Positions 24,542 to 33,222 of a stretch of DNA of 35,379 nt are shown here, in pieces. Below the pieces are notes generated by a model. It ran no database searches. It was given only the letters and a program-made list of their open reading frames with translations, and was not told where the DNA came from. Origin of the DNA: a virus (Duplodnaviria > Caudoviricetes); the IMG/VR virus record IMGVR_UViG_3300037424_002430, positions 1 through 35,379 of that record. One strand, given 5' to 3'. The stretch's first letter is position 1, and each line of letters starts with the position of its first letter. The translations under genes were made by a program, and so were the position numbers.

Positions 24542-24741
24542 GGCCCGGTCAGTGCCCGAAGTGCGGCCTCCTGCACGGCGCCGAGCGCCGCTGCTTCTAC
24601 GACGTGCTCCTGGAGGCTCTCGCCGGCGTCGAGCTCACGCCAGGACGTCGTCGCACCGGCGAGGACGGGGGTGAACCCCCGGACCGAGAACCGACGCGAG
24701 GACAACGGGCCGAGGACGAACAATGGAGGGCACGGCGATGA
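24538..24741 (+). CDS. Small Zn-finger protein (CPKCGLLH...C)
   Basis: GGAGG RBS, GTGA/ATGA overlaps. Confidence 0.6.
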   Translation: MRPGQCPKCGLLHGAERRCFYDVLLEALAGVELTPGRRRTGEDGGEPPDREPTRGQRAEDEQWRARR

Positions 24742-24902
24742 CGACCTGGTACGAGGCAGCACGGCGAGAACAGGCAGAGCTGATCACGCACCTCCGGTAC
24801 GCACAGGAACACATCGCAGCCGCGGCGGAGATCCTCATGCCGATGCAGCCCGAGCTGGACGCGGCGTTCGCGGCGCTGCTCGAGGTGCCCCGTGCCGCGT
24901 GA
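24738..24902 (+). CDS. Small helical protein (54 aa, MTTWYEAARREQAELITHL...)
   Basis: GGAGG RBS, ATGA overlap; below ORF-track cutoff. Confidence 0.6.
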   Translation: MTTWYEAARREQAELITHLRYAQEHIAAAAEILMPMQPELDAAFAALLEVPRAA

Positions 24903-25104
24903 GCGACCCACAGGGTCGTTCTGCAGAGCGGACTACTCGCCGCGCGCTGCGGCGGCCGTTCTGCGCGCCGCCGTCCGCATCCTGAGCGAGCGCGCGTCGC
25001 GGGCCGGCGCGTCCGAGGCCGTGCGGCTGACGCTGCTAGCGAGTGAGCTGCTCGACGTCCTCGGCGACGTCGAGGACGTCGAGGGCGAGGTGCGCCATGT
25101 GTAG
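24892..25104 (+). CDS. Hypothetical protein (70 aa)
   Basis: GAGG RBS, overlaps neighbours. Confidence 0.55.
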   Translation: MPRERPTGSFCRADYSPRAAAAVLRAAVRILSERASRAGASEAVRLTLLASELLDVLGDVEDVEGEVRHV

Positions 25105-25291
25105 GCTGCGTCGCGTGCTCTGCGTCCTGCGTCGTCACCACGTGACGTGCGTGGCGTGCGGGGGCGGCGCGACCGTGCGGTGCGTGCTGCTCGACCCGAC
25201 CGCGTGCGTCACCTGCGCCACGCGCGGCAGGGCGGTTCGCGTCGCTTCCGTGTCGCCGCTCTGCTGGGGGGGGTGCCGTGACCGCCCGTGA
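25097..25291 (+). CDS. Cys-rich small protein (64 aa)
   Basis: GAGG RBS; two CxxC pairs. Confidence 0.5.
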   Translation: MCRLRRVLCVLRRHHVTCVACGGGATVRCVLLDPTACVTCATRGRAVRVASVSPLCWGGCRDRP

Positions 25292-25397
25292 GACCTGCCC
25301 TGAGTGCGGAACAGAGCCGCTCACCCCGGGCGCGCTGGTTGGGGACCGCTGCGCTGCGCGCAACGTCCCCCTTCTCCTTGCCGCTTCGCCCCCGTGA
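25278..25397 (+). CDS. Possible 39-aa CxxC microprotein (MTARETCPECGTEP...)
   Basis: Fills the gap before yqaJ; G-rich RBS. Confidence 0.35.
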   Translation: MTARETCPECGTEPLTPGALVGDRCAARNVPLLLAASPP

Positions 25398-25405
25398 GGA
25401 CCGAC

Positions 25406-26503
25406 ATGGACACGAACGCGATCACCACGACGAACGAGGCGAGCACGCGAGCGCCGCACACGGACGAGGAACTCCTCGAGCTGCTCGCCCTCCCCGAGTC
25501 GCTCCGCGGCGCGCTCACCGAGGCCGAGGCGCCAGCGACGCCCGAGGAGCAGCGGTTCGAGCAGGAGCGCCGGACGTCCATCGGCGGGACCGACGCCGCC
25601 GCGATCGCTGGCTTCTCGACGTACCGCAACCTCTGGGACGTCGTCGCTGAGAAGAAGGGGCTCCTCCCCGTCTTCAGGCCGACCGAGCGCATGCGGTTCG
25701 GGAATATCTTCGAGGACCCGATCGCCCAGGAGTACGGCCGCCGCACCGGGCAAATGGTCGTGAAGGGCGCCTTCGTCCGCGACCCCGAAACGCCGTTCCT
25801 CGCCGGGCATCCCGACGGCCTGGTCCAGGAGAAGAAGAAGGGCGTCGAGGTGAAGACGGTCGAGTGGCAGCGCGAGCAGTGGAGCGAACCCGGCCAGCCG
25901 ATCCGCGTGCCCAAGGCCCATTACGTGCAGTGCATGCACTACCTCGGCGTCCTCCGATACGACGACTGGTCGCTCGTCGCGCAGTTCGGCCTGTCGAAGC
26001 TTCGCTGGTACGACCTCGAGCCGAACCAGAAGGTCATCGCCGCGCTTCGCGAGCGCTCCGAGATGGTGTGGGAGCGCTACATCGTCGGGAACGAGTTGCC
26101 GCCGATCGAGCCGTCGGACCGCGCCCGCGCGTGGCTGAAGCTCCAGTACCCAGAACCGAAGAACGAGACGTTCGTCGTCGCGAACGAGGAGCAGGCCGAG
26201 GCGATCGCGAAGTGGCTCGCGTCGAAGAAGAGCCGCGAGGCGTGGGAGGCCGAGGAGGAGAAGTGGCGCCTCCACGTGCAGCAGGCGATCGGCGACGCCA
26301 CAGGGATCGCGAGCGGCGCGCTGGTGGTGACCTGGAAGAAGAACAAGGACACCCGCGCGAGCGTCACCGACCACGAGGGCCTCCTCGCCTACTACGCCGA
26401 GAAGCACGGCTTCCAGATCGAGACCGCCGATCTCGTCCGGTTCTCCCGCGAGGTCGTGACCCGCGTCGGCCCCCGGGTGCTGCGGGTGAAGGGGGTTCGG
26501 TGA
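25406..26503 (+). CDS. yqaJ: YqaJ-like (lambda exo family) exonuclease
   Basis: 'ERRTSIGGTDAAAIAG...EKKG...RFGNIFEDPI...LAGHPDG...GVEVKT...YVQCMHYLGV'; GAGG RBS. Confidence 0.93.
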   Translation: MDTNAITTTNEASTRAPHTDEELLELLALPESLRGALTEAEAPATPEEQRFEQERRTSIGGTDAAAIAGFSTYRNLWDVVAEKKGLLPVFRPTERMRFGNIFEDPIAQEYGRRTGQMVVKGAFVRDPETPFLAGHPDGLVQEKKKGVEVKTVEWQREQWSEPGQPIRVPKAHYVQCMHYLGVLRYDDWSLVAQFGLSKLRWYDLEPNQKVIAALRERSEMVWERYIVGNELPPIEPSDRARAWLKLQYPEPKNETFVVANEEQAEAIAKWLASKKSREAWEAEEEKWRLHVQQAIGDATGIASGALVVTWKKNKDTRASVTDHEGLLAYYAEKHGFQIETADLVRFSREVVTRVGPRVLRVKGVR

Positions 26504-26558
26504 AGGCATCAACATCCACCAAGCAGAACCGCAACCGCACCTTCAGGAGGAAGGCGTC

Positions 26559-27641
26559 ATGACGAACCAGAACACCGCGATCGCGAAGCAGGACGCGCAG
26601 AAGAAGGAGAGGACGCAGGTCCTCGCGAAGCTCATCGAGTCGCGCCGGGAGGCGTTCGCGCTCGTCGCTGGCGAGCACTTCAAGCCCGAGCGCTTGGTCA
26701 AGCTCGCCCAGGGGGCCCTCGCGCGGCAGCCGAAGCTCGCCGAGTGCACGCCCTCCTCTGTGCTGGTCGCGCTCATGCGGTGCGCCGAGCTCGAGCTCGA
26801 GCCGGACAGCGCGCTCCCGCAGCGCCGCATGTGGCTCGTGCCGCGGTGGAACAACAAGCTCGGCGCGAACGAGTGCACCTACATGATGGACTACCGCGCG
26901 CAGATCCAAAAGGCGCGCGAGACCGGGCTCGTCCCATCGGTGATCGCCTCCGGGGTCCAGGCAAAGGACCGGTTCACCCTCCGGTACGACGCGGACGGCA
27001 CGTCCATCACCAAGTTCGAGTTCGAGCCCGGCGGCGAGGGCGGCATCTTCGCGGAGCGGGGCGACGTCATCGGCTACTTCGCGGCCGCGCGGCTCGAGGG
27101 CGGCGAGGTGCAGATCGCGGCGATGTCGAAGCGCGATGCCGAGGCGTTCCGCGACAAGCGCGCGCCGCGCGACCGGCAGAACCGGATCGTCGGCCCCTGG
27201 GTCTCGGACTTCGACGCGATGGCGGTGAAATCCTGCCTCCGTAAGCTCTGGAACCTCCTGCCCGCCGGCAAGAGCGAGGCCGCGCGCCGCCTGCAGGAGC
27301 GGATGCAGGAGGAGGCGGACATTCACGACGCTGGCAAGGCGGTGGCCGCGACCGCGCCGATCGAGCTCGACCTCGGCATCGTCCCCGAGGACCAAGACGG
27401 TGACACGGCCTCCGCGGTCGAGCGGCAGATCGCTGGTGGCGATGGTCAGCCCCCACCGGGCGCGCCCGCGGATGCGCCCCTCGACGACGTGTCGTTCGAG
27501 ACCGCGGAGGAGGAGGCGGCGCGGAAGGAGCGCGAGGTCACGGGGGAGCAGCAGCGCCCCGCCGAGCCGCCTCCGGTGGTGCCGGAGACCGGCAAGAAGG
27601 GCAAGCCGCAGCAGGGCGGGAAGACCGAGTTCGACAGGTAG
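26559..27641 (+). CDS. recT: RecT-family single-strand annealing protein
   Basis: 'PKLAECTPSSV..ALM.CAELELEP...WLVP...YMMDYRA...GPWVSDFDAMAVKSCLRKL...LP'; AGGAGG RBS. Confidence 0.93.
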   Translation: MTNQNTAIAKQDAQKKERTQVLAKLIESRREAFALVAGEHFKPERLVKLAQGALARQPKLAECTPSSVLVALMRCAELELEPDSALPQRRMWLVPRWNNKLGANECTYMMDYRAQIQKARETGLVPSVIASGVQAKDRFTLRYDADGTSITKFEFEPGGEGGIFAERGDVIGYFAAARLEGGEVQIAAMSKRDAEAFRDKRAPRDRQNRIVGPWVSDFDAMAVKSCLRKLWNLLPAGKSEAARRLQERMQEEADIHDAGKAVAATAPIELDLGIVPEDQDGDTASAVERQIAGGDGQPPPGAPADAPLDDVSFETAEEEAARKEREVTGEQQRPAEPPPVVPETGKKGKPQQGGKTEFDR

Positions 27642-27656
27642 GCGAAGGGGAACGCC

Positions 27657-28985
27657 ATGAAACTGACCAGGCTCGAGATCACCAACTTCAAGCGGATCCG
27701 CGTGGTCGAGATCACCCCGACGGGCAACGTCGTGGTGATCCGCGGAAGGAACGGCTCAGGGAAGTCGAGCGCGCTGGACGGGATCGCCGCCCTGCTCGGC
27801 GGCGAGAAGCTTTGCCCGCAGGAGCCGATCCGGCGCGGGGAGAACGAGGCCGTCCTCCGCGGCCGCCTCGACCAGTTCCCTGAGTTCGGCACCGTCATCG
27901 TCGAGCGGAAGTTCACACGGCGCGAGGACGGCGAGGTGACCTCGAGCCTGAAGCTCTCCCGCGAGGACGGGCTCCCGCTCAACAGGCCGCAGAAGCGCCT
28001 CGACGAGCTGCTCGGCCGCCTGAGCTTCGATCCGCTCGCGTTCCTGCGGATCTCCCCCAGGGAGCAGGCGGAGACGCTCCGGGGCATCACGGGCGTAGAT
28101 TTCTCGCTACTCGACGCGAAGCGGGCGAAGGCCTACGAGGCGCGGCGCGCGGCGAACGCGCAGGTCGTACAGCTCGAGGCCCGGCTGAGGGCGGCGCCCG
28201 AGGTGGATGCGCCGGACGAGCAGGTCAGCATCGCCGCGCTCCTAGAGGAGTCCCAGGCGCTCCAGAAGCAGAAGGCCGCGAACGACCTGGAGCGGGCGGC
28301 CCTGCAGCGGTCGAAGGACGTGTTCGCCGCGCGGAAGCGGGACGCCGAGGCGGCCGCCGCCGAGGTGGAGCGCGCGCGCCAGGCGCTCGCCGCGGCGGAG
28401 GAGCGCCAGCGCGCGGCGGACGAGGCGCTCGAGGCCTCCCGCGAGGCAGGCAAGGCGCAGCTCGCGAAGGTCGAGCAGCTCGTCGACCCGGATCTGAGCG
28501 CGCTCGCGGCGCAGATGCGCGACGTCGAGGCGGTGAACGAGAAGGTGCGGGCGAAGGCCGCGTTCGACGCGACGCGCGTCGAGCTCGAGGCAGCGAAAGC
28601 CCTGGCCAAGAGGCTCGACGACGAGATCTCCGCGGTCGACCAGCAGAAGGCGGAGGCCCTCGCGAGCGCGAAGCTGCCGGTCCCCGGGCTCGCCTTCTCC
28701 GACGCCGGCGTGACGTTCGAGGGTCTCCCGCTCGACCAGGCGAGCCAATCGCAGCAGCTCCGGATCTCGGTGGCGATGGGCGCTGCGTTGAACCCGCAGC
28801 TCCGCGCGACGCTCGTCCGCGACGGCTCCCTCCTCGACGAGGACTCGCTGTCGCTCCTCCACCAGGAGGCGCAGCGCGCGGACCTCCAGGTGTGGCTGGA
28901 AGTGGTCGGGAAGAACGGCGAGGGGATCGTCATCGAGGACGGCGCGGTCGAGGGCGCGTCGGCGCCGGTAGAGGTGCGGCCGTGA
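27657..28985 (+). CDS. SMC/Rad50-like split ABC ATPase with coiled coil (AAA_23-type)
   Basis: 'LEITNFKRI...GRNGSGKSSALD', long coiled coil, signature 'QASQSQQ', Walker B 'TLVRDG'. Confidence 0.9.
   Translation: MKLTRLEITNFKRIRVVEITPTGNVVVIRGRNGSGKSSALDGIAALLGGEKLCPQEPIRRGENEAVLRGRLDQFPEFGTVIVERKFTRREDGEVTSSLKLSREDGLPLNRPQKRLDELLGRLSFDPLAFLRISPREQAETLRGITGVDFSLLDAKRAKAYEARRAANAQVVQLEARLRAAPEVDAPDEQVSIAALLEESQALQKQKAANDLERAALQRSKDVFAARKRDAEAAAAEVERARQALAAAEERQRAADEALEASREAGKAQLAKVEQLVDPDLSALAAQMRDVEAVNEKVRAKAAFDATRVELEAAKALAKRLDDEISAVDQQKAEALASAKLPVPGLAFSDAGVTFEGLPLDQASQSQQLRISVAMGAALNPQLRATLVRDGSLLDEDSLSLLHQEAQRADLQVWLEVVGKNGEGIVIEDGAVEGASAPVEVRP
28550..28585 (+). repeat. 36-bp perfect direct repeat, copy 1
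   Basis: GGCGAAGGCCGCGTTCGACGCGACGCGCGTCGAGCT identical at 30553-30588. Confidence 0.95.
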
Positions 28986-29155
28986 AGCTCACCGCGATCA
29001 TCCGCGACGAGAGCCCGCTCCAGATCGAGGAGCCCTGCGCCGTGCGCCGCGTGACGGTCGAGCAGGCGAAGTCGCTCGCGCTTCGGGGTTCGTACGAGGC
29101 GTACCGAACCGTCTTCCTCGAGCCGGACGCGCCGGCGGAGGCCGCCAATGGCTGA
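28982..29155 (+). CDS. Hypothetical protein (57 aa)
   Basis: GAGG RBS, GTGA overlap. Confidence 0.55.
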   Translation: MKLTAIIRDESPLQIEEPCAVRRVTVEQAKSLALRGSYEAYRTVFLEPDAPAEAANG

Positions 29156-29522
29156 GACCATGAAGAGGATCTGGAACGAGTCGCGCTCCGAGAACGCCAC
29201 GGACGGCAACGAGGCAGTCCGGTTCAACGCGGAGATCCTCGCCGACCGCGGCGTCACGCAGAACCACGCCACGGTGCTCCGCATCGAGAAGACGATCCAG
29301 CACTGGCATTGGAACGACGACGAACCGTGCGAGGACCATACGTGCCGCTTCGGCCGCGAGTACCACGAGGTGATCGCGGATCCGGTTCGGCACTCGGAAC
29401 AGGAGAGCATTCGGATCGCCATCCGCCACGCGGATGCGCTCTTCGAGCATTTCGCGGAGGACGTGACTGAGGCGCGCCTCGTGCTGAAGCCGCCGCCGCC
29501 GGAGGAGGCGCCCCGTGGCTGA
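29148..29522 (+). CDS. Hypothetical protein (124 aa)
   Basis: GGAGG RBS, codon bias. Confidence 0.7.
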   Translation: MAETMKRIWNESRSENATDGNEAVRFNAEILADRGVTQNHATVLRIEKTIQHWHWNDDEPCEDHTCRFGREYHEVIADPVRHSEQESIRIAIRHADALFEHFAEDVTEARLVLKPPPPEEAPRG

Positions 29523-29877
29523 CGAGATCCTCTTCGACCTGGCGTCACTCTCTCGCGCCGTCCAGTTCGTGATCGATGCGGGCACAGCGAGCGCGGCGGG
29601 CGAGGTATTGGCCCAAGGCTTCGGCGAGCGCCTGGAGCAGATCCTGCGCAACCTCGCCCGCAACGCGGCGCAGGCAGCGCCGACACGGGCCCAGTTGGCC
29701 GCGGCGGTGCTCCCCATGCTCGTCGCCTCCTCCGAGAACGTCGAGGATAGCCGGCTCCCCGACCTCGCCCGCGAGGTCGCGCGTCAGGCGTACGTGTTCG
29801 CGGATGCGTTCATTGCGGCGGGCGAGACCAGCCCGCCGACGCCGGAACCCGAGCAGGCGCCGCCTGGGGGAGCCTGA
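29515..29877 (+). CDS. Hypothetical protein (120 aa)
   Basis: GGAGG RBS, overlap with upstream stop. Confidence 0.65.
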   Translation: MADEILFDLASLSRAVQFVIDAGTASAAGEVLAQGFGERLEQILRNLARNAAQAAPTRAQLAAAVLPMLVASSENVEDSRLPDLAREVARQAYVFADAFIAAGETSPPTPEPEQAPPGGA

Positions 29878-29879
29878 CC

Positions 29880-30206
29880 ATGTGGCAGAGCGAACGCCAG
29901 CAGCGCGAGGTGATCCAGCGGCTGCTCGCGCCGCACCACGCGCTCGCGGGCCTATGGACGCCCACTGGCCCGACGAAGCTCGCGTGCGAGTACTTCGAGC
30001 ACGGCTCGCCGCTCTCATCCGGCGAGCGGATCCTACTCGACGTCGCGTTCGCCATCTGGAACGGGGGCGGCAAGGCGACCGTCGGCGACCTGCTCTGCAC
30101 GTTAGACGAGCGTAACCTGCGCGCGGTCTGCGTCGCGCTCCTCCAGCGCGACGGCGGGATCAATGCGCTGCTCGAGCAGGCGCTCAAGGACCGCCAGCAT
30201 GGCTGA
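29880..30206 (+). CDS. Conserved-type hypothetical protein (LSSGE..LL..A..IWNG motif)
   Basis: GGAG RBS; helical motif seen in mobile-element small proteins. Confidence 0.7.
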   Translation: MWQSERQQREVIQRLLAPHHALAGLWTPTGPTKLACEYFEHGSPLSSGERILLDVAFAIWNGGGKATVGDLLCTLDERNLRAVCVALLQRDGGINALLEQALKDRQHG

Positions 30207-30459
30207 GGTCCTCTGCTGGGCCTGCGCGCACCGCCGCGCGATCCCGGGCAACGCGCACGTCCGCTGCGGCGCGCGCGTGTCGGACGGCGACTCGCTCGTC
30301 CAGGCCGTCGCGCTTCTCATGCCCGAGGGGTTCGGGTGGGCGCACTTCGACCCCGGCTTCCCGCGCCCCATCACCACCTGCGCGCTGTTCGAGCGCCCCG
30401 AGTCGTCTTCCACCACCCCCGCGGGCGCGCCGCCCGCACGCGAGGAGCGCCATGGCTGA
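30199..30459 (+). CDS. Cys/His Zn-binding hypothetical protein (86 aa)
   Basis: AAGGA RBS; 'CWACAHRRAIPGNAHVRC...GW..FDP...C..F'. Confidence 0.65.
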   Translation: MAEVLCWACAHRRAIPGNAHVRCGARVSDGDSLVQAVALLMPEGFGWAHFDPGFPRPITTCALFERPESSSTTPAGAPPAREERHG

Positions 30460-30703
30460 GCCCACCACCACCCCACCCGTCCTCGAGCAGCTTGGGTGCG
30501 AGCTCGTCGAGGCGTCCCGGCGCGCCGCACGGGCGACCGTCCTGCACGAGCAGGCGAAGGCCGCGTTCGACGCGACGCGCGTCGAGCTGGAGGAGGCGGA
30601 GATCGCCCGCACGGGGCTGCAGAACCGCATCGAGAGGCTCACCGCGCGCGAGGCGCGCGGGCAGTCGCTCGAGGACGCCCTCGTCAATGAGATCCCGTTC
30701 TGA
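30452..30703 (+). CDS. Coiled-coil protein ending in SSB-like acidic tail (..EDALVNEIPF)
   Basis: GAGGAG RBS; contains copy 2 of the 36-bp repeat. Confidence 0.65.
   Translation: MAEPTTTPPVLEQLGCELVEASRRAARATVLHEQAKAAFDATRVELEEAEIARTGLQNRIERLTAREARGQSLEDALVNEIPF
30553..30588 (+). repeat. 36-bp perfect direct repeat, copy 2
   Basis: Identical to 28550-28585; same peptide AKAAFDATRVELE in both genes. Confidence 0.95.
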
Positions 30704-30747
30704 CGAGAGGTCCTACGCAGCACTTCCGGTGCACGACGGAGGAACAG

Positions 30748-31332
30748 ATGAAGCTGAGTCCCGAGCTGGAGCACGAGTACCTGACCGAGCTGATCGCGAA
30801 GCAGCGCGAGATCGCGCGCGAGGAGGAGAGGAGGAAGACCGAGAACAAGCGGTTCAAGGACCGGATCGAAAAGCTCGAGATCCGCAGAGACGAGCTTCTC
30901 GACTTGCTCGAGGGCCGGCAGCACGCGCAGGTGGGCCTGCCACTCACGACGCCGCGCACGAAGGCCGACGACGGGAAGAAGCCCGCGCCGCCGCCGCTGA
31001 AGTGGGACATCGCTGGCATGGATCTGGTCGCGCTCACCGCGATCGGCACCTACCGGATCGAGATGAAGAAGCGCGGCCCCGGTTTCTTCGTCTCGTTCGA
31101 GACGGCCGACGGCAAGTCGAAGCGGCTGGACGACGTGACGGCGACGTCCGAGAAGGCGGCGAAAGAGGTCGCGGAGCGCGACTGGCTCGTCCGCGGAGCC
31201 GACTCGATCCTCGAGAACGCCGGCCACGGCGCGCTCTCGCTCCACAAAAAGGGCAAGGCCGCGGGCACCGAGGTGGACGTCAGCCCCCGCAAGGCGCTGC
31301 CCCCGAAGCGCGACGCCGGGAGCCGGCCGTGA
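30748..31332 (+). CDS. Hypothetical protein with N-terminal coiled coil (194 aa)
   Basis: GGAGG RBS, strong codon bias. Confidence 0.75.
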   Translation: MKLSPELEHEYLTELIAKQREIAREEERRKTENKRFKDRIEKLEIRRDELLDLLEGRQHAQVGLPLTTPRTKADDGKKPAPPPLKWDIAGMDLVALTAIGTYRIEMKKRGPGFFVSFETADGKSKRLDDVTATSEKAAKEVAERDWLVRGADSILENAGHGALSLHKKGKAAGTEVDVSPRKALPPKRDAGSRP

Positions 31333-31649
31333 CCACCGAGCTCCTGCCCGAGAGCACCGGTGTCGCCCCGGAGCCGGAGGTCCCGGTCGCGGACCGCGAT
31401 CAGGTGTACCTCCGTGGCAAAGTCACAAAGGAGCGCGCGTTCAGCGCCCGAAACGGCGCGCCTCGCTGCGCGGCCGTCATCGAACGTTTCAATTGCGGTC
31501 GCCACGTTTACACGCACACGCGATGCGCGTCCGGCGCGAGCTGGCGGGCGGATACGAATGCGGGCCGCATCTACCTGTGCGGCACGCACGCAAACTCCAT
31601 CCGGGACCGCGGCTGGGTCGTCGCGGTGAAACCGGCGAAGGGAGGGTGA
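31329..31649 (+). CDS. Hypothetical Cys/His protein (106 aa)
   Basis: GTGA overlaps; 'RC...RC...LCGTH'. Confidence 0.55.
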   Translation: MTTELLPESTGVAPEPEVPVADRDQVYLRGKVTKERAFSARNGAPRCAAVIERFNCGRHVYTHTRCASGASWRADTNAGRIYLCGTHANSIRDRGWVVAVKPAKGG

Positions 31650-31846
31650 GCGCCGTGGACCGCTACTGCTACGTCCTGTGCGGGCTCGGCAGGAAGATCG
31701 CGAAGTCGCGCCGGTTCGAGCTGCGCGAGGACCGGCGGCTCGGGCGGCTGTTCACGCCACGCGCCACGCGCCGCGGGTTCGTCCAGATCGGCACCGTCGT
31801 CAAGTGGCACGCCGTCGAGCGGTACCTCGCATGGAGGGCCGCATGA
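31646..31846 (+). CDS. Hypothetical protein (66 aa)
   Basis: GTGA and ATGA overlaps. Confidence 0.55.
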   Translation: MSAVDRYCYVLCGLGRKIAKSRRFELREDRRLGRLFTPRATRRGFVQIGTVVKWHAVERYLAWRAA

Positions 31847-32151
31847 ATCGCGACGCGCGGATCGTGAAGCTCGGGTGGGAGGGCGACGACGGCGAGTCGT
31901 TCATCGTGCGCGCCGAGGTGCGCTTCGGGACCCCCAGCCCCGGCCCGTTCACGTCGAAGGGCGAGCGGACGACGTGGGTTCCCTCGGACGGCGACGACGT
32001 GGTCGAGGTTGTCTCCGTCACCGAGGACAAGCCCGGCGGTCTCGCGCGGGAGGACCTGGTCGACGTGGTCCAGGAGCAGATCGCCTCCGGCGCGGCCGAC
32101 GCGTTGCGCGTCGAGGCGCTCGAGCGCGCGGCGGACCGGAGCGAGCCGTGA
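31843..32151 (+). CDS. Hypothetical acidic protein (102 aa)
   Basis: GGAGG RBS, ATGA overlap. Confidence 0.65.
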   Translation: MNRDARIVKLGWEGDDGESFIVRAEVRFGTPSPGPFTSKGERTTWVPSDGDDVVEVVSVTEDKPGGLAREDLVDVVQEQIASGAADALRVEALERAADRSEP

Positions 32152-32657
32152 CCGGCGATGCGTCGCATCCGAGTAGTCGCTGGCCCTGGAACCTGCCACG
32201 GCCGCTCCCATTCGAGGAGCGATTCCGGGCGCGCTTCGTGAAGCGCGCGCACAACGAGTGCTGGGAGTGGAGGGGCGCGCGGTCGCAGGCCGGTTACGGC
32301 ATGATCTCGCGCGGCAACCGCACGGTGTACACGCACCGGATCGCGTGGGAGATCGCACACGGGAAGGCGCCGCCTGCCCATCTCGAGGTCTGTCACACGT
32401 GCGACAACCCGCCGTGCGTGAACCCGGCTCACCTGTTCCTGGGAACGCACAGCGACAACGCCCTCGACGCTTCGCGGAAGGGGCGGCTGAACAACGCGCA
32501 CGCTCGCAAGACGCACTGCGCGCATGGGCATTCGTTCGCTGGCGAGAACCTACGGGTCGACCGCCACGGGTACCGCGCCTGCCGTGCCTGCGAGCGGGAG
32601 AAGGCGCGCAGACGGAAGGCCGCAGCAGCACCACTGGAGGAGGCGCGCAATGGGTAG
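32148..32657 (+). CDS. HNH homing endonuclease with C-terminal Zn finger
   Basis: 'CWEWRG...GYG...HRIAWE...VCHTCDNPPCVNPAHLFLGTHSDN' and 'KTHCAHGH...RACRAC'. Confidence 0.92.
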   Translation: MTGDASHPSSRWPWNLPRPLPFEERFRARFVKRAHNECWEWRGARSQAGYGMISRGNRTVYTHRIAWEIAHGKAPPAHLEVCHTCDNPPCVNPAHLFLGTHSDNALDASRKGRLNNAHARKTHCAHGHSFAGENLRVDRHGYRACRACEREKARRRKAAAAPLEEARNG

Positions 32658-33222
32658 CACGGCACGCGCAGCGGTGGACGCGCCCGGCGTCGGCGTCGGC
32701 GAGAGGTGGCAGGTCCGGGGTCGCTCCGGCGCGATCTTCCTCGTCGGCGGGCGGCAGATCGGCGGCTTCGTGTACGGCGGCAAGATCGCGCGCGCGACAG
32801 CGGTGGAGCGTGCCCTCATCGCCGCCCAGGCGCCGCTCATGTATGAGGCCCTCCTCGACCTCATCTCGACGGCGCGTGAGGATGGCGCCCTCGTCCACGA
32901 GGACGGGCGGCCCGACAAGGGGCACCGCCCCGGCTGCGGCTGCGGCATGTGCTCAGCGGTCCTGGCGCTCGCGCTCGCCGAGGGCGGTGGGCGTTGCATC
33001 CTCTGCGGGTGCACCCAGGACGACGCCTGCGTCGGCGGCTTCGGCGAGGGCTGCGCCTGGGTGCCCGGGACCAGGGAGTTCCTCTGCACCGCCCACCCGG
33101 CGGACGTAATCGCAGCCGCGAAGCGGTTCCTCGCCGGCGGAGCGCGCGCCCGCGACCCGGAGCACGTGAGCAAGCCCGTCAAGCGTGTCCTATCGCAGCT
33201 CGCGCGCAGGGTGCACCGATGA
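32650..33222 (+). CDS. Hypothetical protein with Cys-rich C-terminal module
   Basis: GGAGG RBS; 'LIAAQAPLMYEAL', 'CILCGCTQDDAC...GCAWV...LCTAH'. Confidence 0.7.
   Translation: MGSTARAAVDAPGVGVGERWQVRGRSGAIFLVGGRQIGGFVYGGKIARATAVERALIAAQAPLMYEALLDLISTAREDGALVHEDGRPDKGHRPGCGCGMCSAVLALALAEGGGRCILCGCTQDDACVGGFGEGCAWVPGTREFLCTAHPADVIAAAKRFLAGGARARDPEHVSKPVKRVLSQLARRVHR

Noticed and set aside
24635-26515. 626-aa minus-strand ORF
   Set aside because: Antisense shadow of yqaJ and small genes
28550-30588. Repeat pair as DGR template/variable region
   Set aside because: Only 36 bp, no adenine-specific mismatches, no reverse transcriptase in window
32148-32657. HNH nuclease as part of a defence or packaging system
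   Set aside because: Typical free-standing homing endonuclease architecture, far from terminase, with no partner genes
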